Positions 9,187-23,655 of a DNA stretch of 64,000 nucleotides are shown piece after piece. Below the pieces are notes generated by a model. The model was not told where the DNA came from. It did not search any database and saw only the letters and a list, made by a program, of their open reading frames with translations. Made by a program: the position numbers and the translations under genes. Positions within the stretch are counted from its first letter, which is position 1; every line of letters begins with the position of its first letter. The stretch comes from Paracoccaceae bacterium. GTDB taxonomy: Bacteria > Pseudomonadota > Alphaproteobacteria > Rhodobacterales > Rhodobacteraceae. Location of the stretch: the NCBI GenBank assembly GCA_046296515.1, contig JBKBKR010000001.1, forward strand, positions 630,874 through 694,873, given 5' to 3'.

Positions 9187-10200
9187 ATGACCCAAACAAC
9201 CGCCCCCCTGATCGACCCTTTCGCGCGCGCGATTTCCTATCTGCGCGTTTCGGTGACCGATCGCTGCGATTTCCGCTGTGTCTATTGCATGGCCGAGAAT
9301 ATGACCTTTCTGCCGAAGGCCGACCTGCTGACACTGGAGGAGCTGGACCGGATGTGTTCCACCTTCATCCGGATGGGGGTGGAAAAACTGCGCATCACCG
9401 GCGGCGAGCCTTTGGTGCGCAAGGGGATCATGACGTTTTTCCGCGGCATGAAACGCCATCTGGACTCCGGCGCACTGAAAGAACTGACGCTGACCACCAA
9501 TGGCAGCCAGCTTGCGAAATATGCGACCGACCTGGCCGATTGTGGGGTGCGGCGGATCAATGTCTCGCTCGATACGCTGGATACCGGCAAATTCGCCGAT
9601 ATCACCCGCTGGGGCCGGTTGCCGCAGGTGCTGGACGGGATCGCGGCGGCGCAGGCCGCCGGGCTGCGGGTCAAGATCAACGCCGTGGCACTGAAAGGCT
9701 TCAACGAGCAGGAACAGTTCAGCCTCACCGACTGGTGCGCGCGTGAAGGCCATGACCTGACCTGGATCGAGGTAATGCCGATGGGCGATCTGGGCAATGA
9801 GGACCGGCTGGATCAATACTGGAGCCTCGAGGATCTGCGGGACCGTTATGCCGGGCGATTCACCCTGACCGACCTTGCCGAACGGTCCGGCGGCCCGGCG
9901 CGCTATGTGCGGCTGGAGGAAACGGGGCAGAAGATCGGCTTCATCACGCCGCTGACCCATAACTTCTGCGAAAGCTGCAACCGTGTGCGGCTGACCTGCA
10001 CGGGTGAGTTGTATATGTGTCTGGGTCAGGAAGACATGGCCGACCTGCGCGCGCCGCTGCGCAGCAGCACCGATGACGCCGCGCTGGAGGCAGCGATCCG
10101 CACCGCGATCAGCCACAAGCCAAAGGGTCATGATTTCGACTATTCCCGCACCGGCGTCGCGGGCCAGATGACCCGCCACATGAGCCATACCGGCGGCTGA
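9187..10200 (+). CDS. moaA: GTP 3',8-cyclase (molybdenum cofactor biosynthesis protein A)
   Basis: Radical-SAM motif CDFRCVYCM and a C-terminal [18 protein letters not shown] cluster, 337 aa. Confidence 0.95.
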   Translation: MTQTTAPLIDPFARAISYLRVSVTDRCDFRCVYCMAENMTFLPKADLLTLEELDRMCSTFIRMGVEKLRITGGEPLVRKGIMTFFRGMKRHLDSGALKELTLTTNGSQLAKYATDLADCGVRRINVSLDTLDTGKFADITRWGRLPQVLDGIAAAQAAGLRVKINAVALKGFNEQEQFSLTDWCAREGHDLTWIEVMPMGDLGNEDRLDQYWSLEDLRDRYAGRFTLTDLAERSGGPARYVRLEETGQKIGFITPLTHNFCESCNRVRLTCTGELYMCLGQEDMADLRAPLRSSTDDAALEAAIRTAISHKPKGHDFDYSRTGVAGQMTRHMSHTGG

Positions 10201-10248
10201 CTGCGACCGATCTGGCTGCTGTGGCCTATGGCCCCGGCGTCCGGTCAC

Positions 10249-10283
10249 AAAAAAACCGCCGCACGTCTGGACGACGGCGGCGG
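10249..10283 (-). terminator. rho-independent terminator (minus-strand sense)
   Basis: Stem CCGCCGC (10256-10262) pairs with GCGGCGG (10277-10283). A 7-nt A run at 10249-10255 gives a U tract on the minus strand, downstream of the small ORF 10360-10506. Confidence 0.6.
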
Positions 10284-10359
10284 CAAGTGGCGTGTCTGTT
10301 GCGCGCAAAGGCATCACTTGGGGACAGATGCAGCGCGATCGGGCAGACCGCAGGCAGTG

Positions 10360-10506
10360 TCAGAGAGACGTGAACGACAGGCAGAGGTAAAGCGTGGCAA
10401 ACAGGGCGGCGACGCCCAACAGATCCTCAATCAACGTGGCACGGGACCGGGTGACGATATCCTTGACTTGGGCGACCATGGCATCCTCCTGCTTTCTTGT
10501 TGCCAT
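10360..10506 (-). CDS. small hypothetical membrane protein (48 aa)
   Basis: MATRKQEDAMVAQVKDIV...LLGVAALFATLYLCLSFTSL has a C-terminal TM helix. A terminator lies downstream. The ORF track extends to 10563. Confidence 0.4.
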   Translation of the reverse strand: MATRKQEDAMVAQVKDIVTRSRATLIEDLLGVAALFATLYLCLSFTSL

Positions 10507-10578
10507 ATTGTTCTCATACTGCGTCCGCCCTGTAAAGAACTTTTTAAGAACATTTGGGAACAAATCATGTTCCTGCGA

Positions 10579-14831
<4,253 letters not shown>

Positions 14832-15539
14832 TCAGGCGCTGGCCGCCATCTTGCGCGAGTCCCCGACCGGGTCGCGCAGGACATAGCCCCGGCCCCAGAC
14901 GGTTTCGATGTAATTCTGCCCGCCCGTCGCCTCGGCCAGCTTTTTGCGCAGCTTGCAGATGAACACGTCGATGATCTTCAGCTCCGGCTCATCCATGCCG
15001 CCGTAAAGATGGTTGAGGAACATCTCTTTGGTCAGCGTGGTGCCCTTGCGCAGACTCAAAAGCTCCAGCATCTGGTATTCCTTGCCGGTCAGATGCACGG
15101 TCTTGCTGTCCACCTCGACCGTCTTGGCGTCAAGATTGACATTCACCTTGCCGGTAACGATCACCGATTGGCTGTGCCCCTTGGACCGCCGGATGATCGC
15201 ATGGATACGCGCCACCAGCTCTTCGCGGTGGAACGGCTTGGTCAGATAGTCATCTGCGCCGAAGCCAAAGCCCTTCAGCTTCGAATCAGTGTCATCAGAA
15301 CCTGACAGAATCAGGATCGGCGTTTCGATCCGGGCGAGGCGAATCTGGCGCAACACCTCATGCCCGGACATATCGGGCAGGTTCAGGTCAAGCAGGATCA
15401 GATCATAATCATACAATTTTGCCAAATCTATCCCGTCTTCGCCCAGATCAGTGCAATAGACGTTCAGATTGGCATGTGTCAGCATCAATTCGATACTGCG
15501 CGAGGTGGTCGGGTCATCCTCGACAAGTAGAATCCGCAT
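14832..15539 (-). CDS. ctrA: cell-cycle response regulator CtrA
   Basis: [20 protein letters not shown]...[14 protein letters not shown] receiver domain plus an OmpR-type winged helix ([13 protein letters not shown]). The sequence is characteristic of alphaproteobacterial CtrA. sciP is adjacent. Confidence 0.95.
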   Translation of the reverse strand: MRILLVEDDPTTSRSIELMLTHANLNVYCTDLGEDGIDLAKLYDYDLILLDLNLPDMSGHEVLRQIRLARIETPILILSGSDDTDSKLKGFGFGADDYLTKPFHREELVARIHAIIRRSKGHSQSVIVTGKVNVNLDAKTVEVDSKTVHLTGKEYQMLELLSLRKGTTLTKEMFLNHLYGGMDEPELKIIDVFICKLRKKLAEATGGQNYIETVWGRGYVLRDPVGDSRKMAASA

Positions 15540-15591
15540 CTTCAATATCTCCGCATCGGCCAGGTTCGTTAACAACATTGGTGGTGAATGG

Positions 15592-15606
15592 TTAACTGAG
15601 GGTTAC
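15592..15606. promoter_or_regulatory. near-consensus CtrA box (TTAA-N7-TTAC) upstream of ctrA
   Basis: TTAACTGAGGGTTAC lies 53 bp upstream of the ctrA ATG, with one mismatch to TTAA-N7-TTAA. Read in the ctrA direction it is GTAA-N7-TTAA, the same variant as the fliG site. Confidence 0.35.
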
Positions 15607-15633
15607 TCTGCCTGAGCACGACACAAAAACAAC

Positions 15634-15918
15634 TTAAAGTTGTCTATACTTCTGTATAGCAGTAACCTTCAAAGCCTTTTCGCCATGCTGCTCAACGGCC
15701 TTGCGCCACATTGCAAATTCTTCTTCCGACAGCGCATAGCGTTCCAGCGCCTCCGCCTCGGAAATCAGGCCGTGGATCACCGCCCGCACCACCACCGCCT
15801 TGCGGCTGGCGACCCATCGCCGGGTGTCGGGCGCGGGCAAATCCGCCCGCGTCAGAACGGTGCCATCAGCCAAGGTAACCTGGCGCGGGCCATCAACACG
15901 TTTCAGATACATGGCCAT
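15634..15918 (-). CDS. sciP: SciP-like small CtrA inhibitory protein (DUF1153)
   Basis: YLKRVDGPRQVTLADGTVLTRADLPAPDTRRWVASRKAVVVRAVIHGLISEAEALERYALSEEEF matches the DUF1153/SciP pattern and sits next to ctrA as in other Rhodobacterales. The start is ambiguous: ATG at 15918 or 15912, or GTG at 15936. Confidence 0.8.
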   Translation of the reverse strand: MAMYLKRVDGPRQVTLADGTVLTRADLPAPDTRRWVASRKAVVVRAVIHGLISEAEALERYALSEEEFAMWRKAVEQHGEKALKVTAIQKYRQL

Positions 15919-15966
15919 GTCTTTCCGTTGGTCCACCCGGTTTTGACCCAGACTGGCCGATCAGAC

Positions 15967-15981
15967 TTAAGCCAAGGTGAA
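15967..15981. promoter_or_regulatory. CtrA-box-like motif (TTAA-N7-TGAA) upstream of sciP
   Basis: TTAAGCCAAGGTGAA lies in the sciP/mnmA divergent intergenic region, with one mismatch to the consensus. Confidence 0.25.
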
Positions 15982-16054
15982 GGTTGCGGCGCACAAGGGG
16001 TTGAGAGTATCGCGCATTTTCCTATATTGCGCGCAGTTCCTGAAAGGTTTGACC

Positions 16055-17191
16055 ATGCTGGACCACCCGCTCAATTCGCTGGGGCTGCCAAAGCCGCCAT
16101 CCGCCACGCGCGTCGTGGTGGCGATGTCGGGTGGCGTGGATTCCTCCGTCGTGGCCGCCATGCTGAAGGACGAAGGCTACGATGTGGTCGGCGTTACCTT
16201 GCAACTTTATGATCATGGTGCGGCACTGGCGAAAAAGGGCGCCTGCTGCGCGGGCCGTGATATCCACGATGCCCGCCGTGTGGCCGAAACCATGGGCTTT
16301 GCGCATTATGTGCTGGATTATGAAAACACCTTCCGCGAAGCGGTGATGGAGGAGTTCGCCGATGCCTATCTCGCCGGCGCCACCCCGGTGCCCTGCATCC
16401 GCTGCAATGAACGGGTGAAGTTCAAGGATCTGCTGACCACCGCCCGCGATCTGGATGCCGATTGTATGGCCACGGGGCATTATATCCAGCGCAAGCTGGG
16501 GGGGGCCGGGCCGGAGTTGCATGCGGCGGCCGATGCGGGCCGCGATCAGAGCTATTTCCTGTTCTCCACCACGCCCGAGCAGCTGTCTTACCTGCGCTTC
16601 CCTTTGGGCCATCTGCACTCCAAGGCGGAAACCCGGGCGCTGGCGGCAAAATACGGCCTGCCGGTGGCCGACAAGCCCGACAGCCAGGACATCTGCTTTG
16701 TTCCGAACGGCAATTATGCGGCGGTAATCGAAAAACTGCGCCCCGGTGCCGCCGATCCGGGCGATATTGTCGATCTTGAAGGCAGGGTTCTGGGCCAGCA
16801 TCGCGGCGTGATCCATTACACGATCGGCCAGCGCAAAGGCCTTGGCATCGGGGGTCTGGGCGACCCGCTCTATGTGGTGCGGCTTGATCCCGAAACGCGC
16901 CGGGTGATCGTGGGGCCAAGGGAGTCGCTTGCGACCCGGAAAATCCCGGTGCGCGAGGTGAACTGGCTGGGCGATGCGCCCTTTGACTCCGCCCCCGAAT
17001 GGCAGGTCATGGTCAAAGTCCGCTCCACCCGGCCACCGCGCCCGGCACTGATCCGGCCGCTGTCGGCGACCGAGGCCGAAGTGGAACTGCTCGACCCCGA
17101 GGATGGTGTCAGCGCCGGCCAGGCCTGCGTGTTCTACGCGCCCGAAGGCAGCCGGGTGCTGGGCGGCGGCTGGGTCTGGCGCGGGCACTGA
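16055..17191 (+). CDS. mnmA: tRNA 2-thiouridine(34) synthase
   Basis: PP-loop [11 protein letters not shown] with conserved CCAGRD and CIRCN motifs. The first ATG is at 16055. The ORF-track start at 15977 is GTG. Confidence 0.93.
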   Translation: MLDHPLNSLGLPKPPSATRVVVAMSGGVDSSVVAAMLKDEGYDVVGVTLQLYDHGAALAKKGACCAGRDIHDARRVAETMGFAHYVLDYENTFREAVMEEFADAYLAGATPVPCIRCNERVKFKDLLTTARDLDADCMATGHYIQRKLGGAGPELHAAADAGRDQSYFLFSTTPEQLSYLRFPLGHLHSKAETRALAAKYGLPVADKPDSQDICFVPNGNYAAVIEKLRPGAADPGDIVDLEGRVLGQHRGVIHYTIGQRKGLGIGGLGDPLYVVRLDPETRRVIVGPRESLATRKIPVREVNWLGDAPFDSAPEWQVMVKVRSTRPPRPALIRPLSATEAEVELLDPEDGVSAGQACVFYAPEGSRVLGGGWVWRGH

Positions 17192-17208
17192 ATTTTCGCA
17201 GAAAATTC
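17190..17208. repeat. fifth copy of the TTTC-GCA-GAAA palindrome (GAATTTTC-GCA-GAAAATTC)
   Basis: Perfect 8+3+8 palindrome that overlaps the mnmA stop codon and lies between the convergent mnmA and ispG genes. It has the same arms as 6899-6917. Confidence 0.9.
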
Positions 17209-17211
17209 GTC

Positions 17212-18360
17212 CTACTCAGCCGCCTCAGCCGCCTCAGCCGCCTCGATCTCGGCGGCCCTGGCCTCGACCAGTTCGACAATATGCTCGATCATCGCCGCAT
17301 TGCCCAGCTTGTGGCTCTGCTTGCCGGCCAGATACACCATCCCCGACCCGGCGCCGCCGCCGGTAAAGCCGATGTCGGTCATCAGCGCCTCGCCCGGCCC
17401 GTTCACCACACAGCCGATGATCGACAGGCTCAGGCTGGTGGTGATATGCGCCAGACGGTCCTCCAGCGCGGTCACCGTTTTGATCACATCAAACCCCTGC
17501 CGCGCGCATGACGGGCAGGAGATGATCGTCACCCCCCGGTGCCGCAGCCCCAGCGATTTCAGGATCTCGAAGCCGACCTTCACCTCCTCCACCGGGTCCG
17601 CCGACAGCGACACCCGGATCGTATCGCCGATCCCCATCCAGAGCAGGTTCCCCAACCCGATCGCCGATTTCACCGTACCGGAGACCAGCCCCCCGGCTTC
17701 GGTGATCCCGAGATGGATCGGCGCATCGGTGACCTCGGCCAGTTTCTGATAGGCCGCCGCCGCCATGAACACATCAGACGCCTTCACCGAAATCTTGAAC
17801 TCGTGAAAATCGATGTCCTGCAGCAGCTTGATGTGATCCAGCCCCGACTCAACCATCGCATCCGGGCAAGGCTCACCGTATTTGTCCAAGAGGTGCTTTT
17901 CCAGCGATCCAGCATTCACCCCGATCCGGATCGAACAGCCGTGATCCTTGGCCGCCTTCACCACCTCGGCCACCCGCCTTGCATCACCTATATTGCCGGG
18001 ATTGATCCGCAGACAGGCCGCCCCCGCCTCGGCCGCTTCGATCGCACGTTTGTAGTGGAAATGGATATCGGCCACGATCGGCACCGGGCTCTCTGCACAG
18101 ATCTCGCGCAAGGCTGCTGTGCTTTCCGGGTCGGGCGTGGAAACCCTCACGATATCGGCCCCGGCAATCGCGGCGCGCTGGATCTGCTCCAGCGTGGCCG
18201 CAACATCGGTGGTCAGCGTATTGGTCATGGTCTGCACCGAAATCGGCGCATCGCCCCCCACCAGCACCTTGCCCACCCGGATCTGCCGCGATGCCCGGCG
18301 GTAGATGTTGCGCCACGGGCGAACGGAATTCAGGCTCATCTTGGCACGATCCTCTGGCAA
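17212..18360 (-). CDS. ispG: 4-hydroxy-3-methylbut-2-en-1-yl diphosphate synthase (flavodoxin)
   Basis: 382 aa GcpE-family sequence ([15 protein letters not shown]...CPSCARQ...GCVVNGPGE). The C-terminus carries an [11 protein letters not shown] tail encoded by a 9-bp tandem repeat. Confidence 0.95.
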   Translation of the reverse strand: MPEDRAKMSLNSVRPWRNIYRRASRQIRVGKVLVGGDAPISVQTMTNTLTTDVAATLEQIQRAAIAGADIVRVSTPDPESTAALREICAESPVPIVADIHFHYKRAIEAAEAGAACLRINPGNIGDARRVAEVVKAAKDHGCSIRIGVNAGSLEKHLLDKYGEPCPDAMVESGLDHIKLLQDIDFHEFKISVKASDVFMAAAAYQKLAEVTDAPIHLGITEAGGLVSGTVKSAIGLGNLLWMGIGDTIRVSLSADPVEEVKVGFEILKSLGLRHRGVTIISCPSCARQGFDVIKTVTALEDRLAHITTSLSLSIIGCVVNGPGEALMTDIGFTGGGAGSGMVYLAGKQSHKLGNAAMIEHIVELVEARAAEIEAAEAAEAAE

Positions 18361-18449
18361 TTTCCCTCTTGATAAAACGACAAGGCCGCCCCGGCAATGC
18401 CAAGGACGGCCATTTTACCCAGGATTGACTGAGTCCAGTGACAGCCCGA

Positions 18450-19724
18450 TCACTGCGACGGCGCGTTCAGCACCCGCGAGGCATCGGCCACATTAACGAT
18501 CGCCGCCAGATCGGCATCCCGGCTGAGATCGGCGACGGCGAATTTCCCGGTCAGCGCATCCGGCGACAGGGCAACATTCTTGACCACCTGAGCGCCGGGG
18601 GCCGCCGGGCCGTAGGTCTGCCCGTTCACGGCGAAGTAAAGCGAGCCGGAATTGCCCGCACGCAGCACCGGCGGCGCTTCCAGTTGCGGCACCGACCAGC
18701 GTTCACCCGCATCGAGGATCTTTTCGAACAGCACTGTGCCATCGGCGGAAGACACCCGCACCCAAGACGGGCGCACGGCCAGAAGCTCCACCCCCGGCTG
18801 CGCATCGGCTATGACCTGCACGCCCTGATCCAGCGCGCCCAAGGCCTCGGCCACGGCCGCATCCACCGCCTCGGGCGTCACGCCCGCCACCGTCAGGCGC
18901 GGATTGATCCCGGCGATCGGACCATCACGCGAGGTCAGCACCGGCACATCCAGCGCCTGCGGTCGATACAGACGGTCCATCCCGTCGGCCTGGCTGCGCA
19001 CCGGATCGGCATCCGCCAGCTCGGTATCGGAAGCCGGGGCCGAGCGCACCAGAGGGGCCGAACCACTGACATTGCCCAAAGGATCAATCTCGGCCACCAC
19101 AGACGGGGCCTGATCCACCGGCGAAAGCTGGACGCGCTGCACTTCCTGCAGCACTGACCAGCCGCCATATCCGATCGCACCGATCAGGGCGATCAGCACG
19201 ACCAGCGATCCGACCGCCCCGGGCTCCACCTTGGCAAACAGGCTTTCGCCGCGCGGAATGAAGCTGGCATTGGGGTTGGCCAGCGGGTCGCTGAACACCT
19301 GCGTGTTGCGCGACCGCGCGGCGGTCATCATCGAAGAGGAAGCCGCAGCACTCATCCCATGGGCGACCTCGAAATTGGCCTCCTTGGAAAAGCGGACAAA
19401 GGCCATATCCGGGTCCATCCCCAGATAGCGCGCATAAGACCGCACATAGCCCGCGACAAATCCCTGGGTCTCAAAGGCCGAAATATCGGCGTTTTCAATC
19501 GCTGCGATGTACGCGGCCTTTATCTTCAGCTCGCGCTGCACATCCAGCAGCGATTTTCCCATGGTGGCGCGCTCGCCCCGCATCAGGTCGCCGAGCCGAA
19601 GGTCGAAGTCGTCAAAGCCCTTTGGCCCCTCCGTCTCCGGTATCGAAGGTTTCGCCCTCCGCCCGATCATGCGCACTGCCCCATGAAAACCTGTGTCCCC
19701 GTAGCCGTTTCGATCACGACTCAT
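18450..19724 (-). CDS. RodZ-like helix-turn-helix/DUF4115 protein
   Basis: N-terminal HTH (LRLGDLMRGERATMGKSLLDVQRELKIKAAYIAAIEN), one TM segment and a C-terminal DUF4115-like region. It sits directly upstream of ispG, a conserved arrangement. Confidence 0.75.
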   Translation of the reverse strand: MSRDRNGYGDTGFHGAVRMIGRRAKPSIPETEGPKGFDDFDLRLGDLMRGERATMGKSLLDVQRELKIKAAYIAAIENADISAFETQGFVAGYVRSYARYLGMDPDMAFVRFSKEANFEVAHGMSAAASSSMMTAARSRNTQVFSDPLANPNASFIPRGESLFAKVEPGAVGSLVVLIALIGAIGYGGWSVLQEVQRVQLSPVDQAPSVVAEIDPLGNVSGSAPLVRSAPASDTELADADPVRSQADGMDRLYRPQALDVPVLTSRDGPIAGINPRLTVAGVTPEAVDAAVAEALGALDQGVQVIADAQPGVELLAVRPSWVRVSSADGTVLFEKILDAGERWSVPQLEAPPVLRAGNSGSLYFAVNGQTYGPAAPGAQVVKNVALSPDALTGKFAVADLSRDADLAAIVNVADASRVLNAPSQ

Positions 19725-19785
19725 TTTGTTCGTATTAGGGATTCGTTACCACAGCACAAGGTCTTTTGCACCTGCGAGAACAGGT

Positions 19786-21015
19786 TCAGGCCGACATCTC
19801 GGCACGATTCAGCGCACATTGGCCCCAGAGGTGATCCATCGCGCCGACCAGCGCATCAATCTGCCCGAAATCGTGCACCGGAGACGGGGTAAACCGCAGC
19901 CGTTCCGTGCCGCGCGGCACCGTCGGATAGTTGATCGGCTGCACGTAGATACCGAAGTGCTCCAGCAGCATGTCGGACAGCATCTTGCAATGGGTGGGGT
20001 TGCCGACATGCACAGGCACAATATGCGACCCGCAATCAATGATCGGAAGGCCCAGCCCCTTGAGCCGCATCTTCAGCGTGCGGGCATGGGTCTGCTGCAG
20101 ATCGCGCAGTTTCTGGCCCTCGGCGGTCTTCAGGAACGCCACACTTGCCGCCGCCCCGGCAGCAACTGCAGGTGGCAGGGAGGTTGTAAAAATAAACCCG
20201 GGCGCGTAGGATCGCACTGCATCCACCATCTTCGCACTTGCAGCAATGTAGCCGCCAAACACACCGAAGGCCTTGGCCAGAGTGGCGTTGATGATATCGA
20301 CCCGGTGCATCTGGTGGTCACGCTCGGCAACCCCGGCCCCGCGCGGGCCATACATGCCCACGGCATGCACTTCGTCCAGATAGGTGAGCGCTCCGTATTC
20401 CTCCGCCAGATCGCAGATTTCCGCAATGGGGCCGAAATCTCCGTCCATCGAATAGATCGATTCGAAGGCGATCAGCTTTGGCGCGTCCCGGTCATCCGCC
20501 GCCAGCAATTCGCGCAGATGCGCCACATCATTGTGGCGGAAAATCCGCTTGAGGCCGCCACCACGCCGCACACCTTCGATCATCGAGGCATGGTTCAGCG
20601 CGTCGGAATAGATGATCAGCCCGGGGAATATCTGGCGCAGCACCGACAATGTGGCATCATTGGCGATATAGGCGCTGGTGAACACCAGCGCCGCCTCCTT
20701 GCGGTGCAGATCGGCCAGTTCCGCCTCCAGCCGCTTGTGATAGACCGTGGTGCCCGAAATGTTGCGGGTGCCGCCAGAGCCGGCGCCGGTCGCGTCCAGC
20801 GCCTGGTGCATCGCGGTCAGCACCACCGGGTGCTGGCCCATGCCAAGGTAATCATTGCCGCACCAGACGGTGATATCCTTGCTGCTGCCATCGGGACGGG
20901 TCCAGACCGCATGCGGAAACTGGCCGTTGCGCCGCTCGATGTCGATAAAGGTGCGGTAACGGCCTTCATCATGCAGGCGTTGCAGGGCGGTATCGAGGGC
21001 GGCATCATAACGCAT
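19786..21015 (-). CDS. hemA: 5-aminolevulinate synthase
   Basis: [38 protein letters not shown]...[12 protein letters not shown]... with the PLP-lysine region TLAKAFG. The ATG at 21015 has a GGAGAAG RBS. The ORF track extends to 21066. Confidence 0.95.
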   Translation of the reverse strand: MRYDAALDTALQRLHDEGRYRTFIDIERRNGQFPHAVWTRPDGSSKDITVWCGNDYLGMGQHPVVLTAMHQALDATGAGSGGTRNISGTTVYHKRLEAELADLHRKEAALVFTSAYIANDATLSVLRQIFPGLIIYSDALNHASMIEGVRRGGGLKRIFRHNDVAHLRELLAADDRDAPKLIAFESIYSMDGDFGPIAEICDLAEEYGALTYLDEVHAVGMYGPRGAGVAERDHQMHRVDIINATLAKAFGVFGGYIAASAKMVDAVRSYAPGFIFTTSLPPAVAAGAAASVAFLKTAEGQKLRDLQQTHARTLKMRLKGLGLPIIDCGSHIVPVHVGNPTHCKMLSDMLLEHFGIYVQPINYPTVPRGTERLRFTPSPVHDFGQIDALVGAMDHLWGQCALNRAEMSA

Positions 21016-21108
21016 CAGGTCTTCTCCGTGGCTCCCTGCGCATCCGGGCGCGGGGGAGATTTGCATGCAGGTCTGCCCTAGTATCAGGCAGAATGGCTGC
21101 GGCGTGCC

Positions 21109-21122
21109 TTGACATGCATCAA
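21109..21122. promoter_or_regulatory. FNR/FnrL-type box TTGAC-ATGC-ATCAA
   Basis: One mismatch to TTGAT-N4-ATCAA. It begins 94 bp upstream of the hemA ATG. Confidence 0.5.
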
Positions 21123-21216
21123 AAAGGCAGGATTTGGAAACAGGTCAATTTGACGCCCCTCCCCGAGCCCCGTCTTGAACCACAGTGCTTCTTCAAAGCC
21201 CGCAGAAACCTGCGGC

Positions 21217-21612
21217 TTACTCCGATGGTGCGACTTCCAGCACCACAACACAAGACAGTCTGGCCTTGCGCGCCTTGTCACATGCGGCCAGAGCCGCCGT
21301 CCGCGCCGCCTGCGCATCGGGCAGATCGCCCAGAGCAATGGCCGAAGGCACCGGCGAGCCATCGCGGACAAAGCCTTCATCCGGCGACACGGCAAGCGCC
21401 GCATGCCCGGTGCGGCTGGTCACGAACAGCGACAGCGCCTGATCATTCGATGCCACCAACCGCAGCGTGGCCAGTTCCTCGGGCGTCAGGAAGGGGTGCA
21501 GGTGCAGGCTGACCTCCGATCCGCCATTCACCCCGGTCTCGACCGGAACCGTCTGCGCCTGCGCCATCCCGGCGAGCATCAGACCGCACGCGACAAGACC
21601 TGCCTTCATCAT
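21217..21612 (-). CDS. hypothetical secreted protein
   Basis: Signal peptide MMKAGLVACGLMLAGMAQA with no recognised domain. A short hairpin CCGCAG-GTTT-CTGCGG follows the stop. Confidence 0.5.
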   Translation of the reverse strand: MMKAGLVACGLMLAGMAQAQTVPVETGVNGGSEVSLHLHPFLTPEELATLRLVASNDQALSLFVTSRTGHAALAVSPDEGFVRDGSPVPSAIALGDLPDAQAARTAALAACDKARKARLSCVVVLEVAPSE

Positions 21613-21762
21613 GGCTTTACGGCCCATGTGTCCTCCTTTTGCCAATGCGGCATCCTCAGTCCCCATCCGCGATTTAGCGCATCGCCGCCGCTCTGGACAG
21701 TGCCTTGCATCCTGTTACGGTCGGCAAATCGTTCACATTCCTTAGAGAAGCGGAAAGAAATC

Positions 21763-23133
21763 ATGTCTCTGGACACAGTCCTCGCCCGCATCGACGCCGA
21801 TCTGGACCAGTCGCTCGACCGGCTGCTGGATCTGCTGCGCATCCCGTCGATCTCCACCGACCCGGCCTACAAGGCCGACTGCGCCCGCGCCGCCGACTGG
21901 CTGGTGGCCGAATTGCAAGCGCTGGGGTTTGATGCCTCCAGCCGCCCGACACCGGGGCATCCGATGGTGGTGGCGCATGGCGGGACGGGCGACAAGCACC
22001 TGCTGTTCTACGGCCATTACGATGTGCAACCCGTCGACCCGCTGGACCTGTGGGACCGCGACCCCTTCGACCCGCAGGTGCAGGATACCCCAAAGGGCCG
22101 CGTGATCCGCGCGCGCGGATCGGCGGATGACAAGGGCCAGCTGATGACCTTTCTGGAGGCCTGCCGCGCGTGGAAAGCCGCGCACGGCACCCTGCCCGGG
22201 CGCCTGACGATCTTTCTGGAGGGCGAGGAGGAATCCGGCTCGCCCAGCCTGATCCCCTTCATGCAGGAAAATGCCGCCGAACTGACAGCCGACATCGCCC
22301 TGATCTGCGACACCGGGATGTTCGAGGACACGACCCCGGCCATCGTCACCATGCTGCGCGGGCTGCTGGGCGAGGAAATCACCCTGCATGGCCCCGACAA
22401 GGACCTTCATTCCGGCATGTATGGCGGGGCTGCGATCAACCCGATCCGGGTGCTGACGCGCATCCTTGGCGGACTGCATGATGATCAGGGTCGTGTCACG
22501 GTGCCGGGCTTCTACGACGGCGTACAGGAACTGCCCGACGCGATCCGCGCGCAATGGCAGGCGCTTTCGTTTGACCACACCAAATTCCTTGGCGATGTCG
22601 GCCTGTCGCAGCCTGCGGGCGAGCAGGACCGCACCCCGCTGGAAATGCTGTGGTCGCGCCCAACGGCGGAAATCAACGGCATCTGGGGCGGCTATACCGG
22701 ACAGGGTTTCAAGACCGTGCTGCCGTCGCAGGCGCATGCCAAGGTGTCGTTCCGACTGGTGGCCGGACAAGACCCCGACGCCTTGCGCAGGCAGTTCCGG
22801 GCCTGGGTCCAGGGCCAGCTGCCCCCCGATTGCACGGTCAGCTTCCACGACCACGGCAACAGCCCCGCCGGCGTGATGTCGGTCACCGCCCCCGCCTTCG
22901 ACGCCGCCCGCGCCGCACTGACCGAGGAATGGGGCAAACCGGCGGCCTTTGTCGGCTGTGGCGGCTCGATCCCGATTGCAGGGTATTTCAAGACCTATCT
23001 CGGCATGGATGCCATGCTGATCGGCTTTGGCCGCGACGATGACCTGATCCACAGCCCGAATGAGAAATACGATCTGGAGTCGTTCCACAAGGGCATCCGC
23101 TCTTGGGCGCGGGTGCTGGACCGGCTGGCGTAG
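21763..23133 (+). CDS. M20 family metallopeptidase (ArgE/DapE/CPG2-like dipeptidase)
   Basis: MSLDTVLARIDADLDQSLDRLLDLLRIPSISTDP...LLFYGHYDVQP...RGSADDKGQ...FLEGEEESGS are typical M20 motifs. The ATG at 21763 is in frame within the longer ORF-track ORF. Confidence 0.88.
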   Translation: MSLDTVLARIDADLDQSLDRLLDLLRIPSISTDPAYKADCARAADWLVAELQALGFDASSRPTPGHPMVVAHGGTGDKHLLFYGHYDVQPVDPLDLWDRDPFDPQVQDTPKGRVIRARGSADDKGQLMTFLEACRAWKAAHGTLPGRLTIFLEGEEESGSPSLIPFMQENAAELTADIALICDTGMFEDTTPAIVTMLRGLLGEEITLHGPDKDLHSGMYGGAAINPIRVLTRILGGLHDDQGRVTVPGFYDGVQELPDAIRAQWQALSFDHTKFLGDVGLSQPAGEQDRTPLEMLWSRPTAEINGIWGGYTGQGFKTVLPSQAHAKVSFRLVAGQDPDALRRQFRAWVQGQLPPDCTVSFHDHGNSPAGVMSVTAPAFDAARAALTEEWGKPAAFVGCGGSIPIAGYFKTYLGMDAMLIGFGRDDDLIHSPNEKYDLESFHKGIRSWARVLDRLA

Positions 23134-23147
23134 CTTTGGCGGAACCA

Positions 23148-23203
23148 CCGGGGGGCTGTCTGCCCCCCGGGCCCCCCGAGAGTATTTTTGCCAAGATGAA
23201 AGG
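23148..23203. repeat. GC hairpin (CCGGGGGGC-TGTCT-GCCCCCCGG) plus inverted copy of the dispersed repeat (GAGAGTATTTTTGCCAAGATGAAAGG)
   Basis: The 23148-23170 stem is perfect over 9 bp and probably acts as the terminator of the M20 gene. 23177-23203 is the reverse complement of 63493-63519 with one mismatch. Confidence 0.7.
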
Positions 23204-23211
23204 GGCAAGAG

Positions 23212-23655
23212 GTGGGTGTTTATGTGCAGGACGCGTCCGTTGAGGACGAAGCGGCATGGCGCGGGCTTTGGCGTAGCTATCTGACGTTTTATGAGCAGAA
23301 ACTGGACCCGGCGATCACCGATCTGACCTGGGTGCGGATTCTGGACCCAGGCCACCGGATCGGCTGCCGGATGGCGTTTGACGGGGATGCGGCGCTTGGC
23401 TTTGCCATTCATCACGCGCATTGCTCGACCTGGGCTGTGGCGGATGATGTCTATCTGGAGGATCTGTTTGTCTCACCGGCTGCGCGCGGGCAAGGGGTTG
23501 GGCGGGCCTTGATCGAGGATCTGATGGCGCTTGGCCGGGCCAATGGCTGGCATCAGCTGTATTGGCACACGAAGCGCGACAATGTGGTGGCGCGCAGATT
23601 GTATGACACCTTCGGCAACGAGGATGGCAACGTCCGCTATCGGCTGACCCTATAG
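23212..23655 (+). CDS. GNAT family N-acetyltransferase
   Basis: VSPAARGQGVGRALIEDLMALGRANGWHQLYWHT is the acetyl-CoA binding motif A (Q/RxxGxG/A). The start is GTG. Confidence 0.85.
   Translation: MGVYVQDASVEDEAAWRGLWRSYLTFYEQKLDPAITDLTWVRILDPGHRIGCRMAFDGDAALGFAIHHAHCSTWAVADDVYLEDLFVSPAARGQGVGRALIEDLMALGRANGWHQLYWHTKRDNVVARRLYDTFGNEDGNVRYRLTL

Noticed and set aside
15571-15595. Two TTAAC half-sites (GTTAACAACATTGGTGGTGAATGGTTAAC) upstream of ctrA, considered as a full CtrA box
   Set aside because: The spacing between the TTAA elements is about 17 nt, not 7. Only the TTAA-N7-TTAC arrangement at 15592-15606 fits the known geometry.
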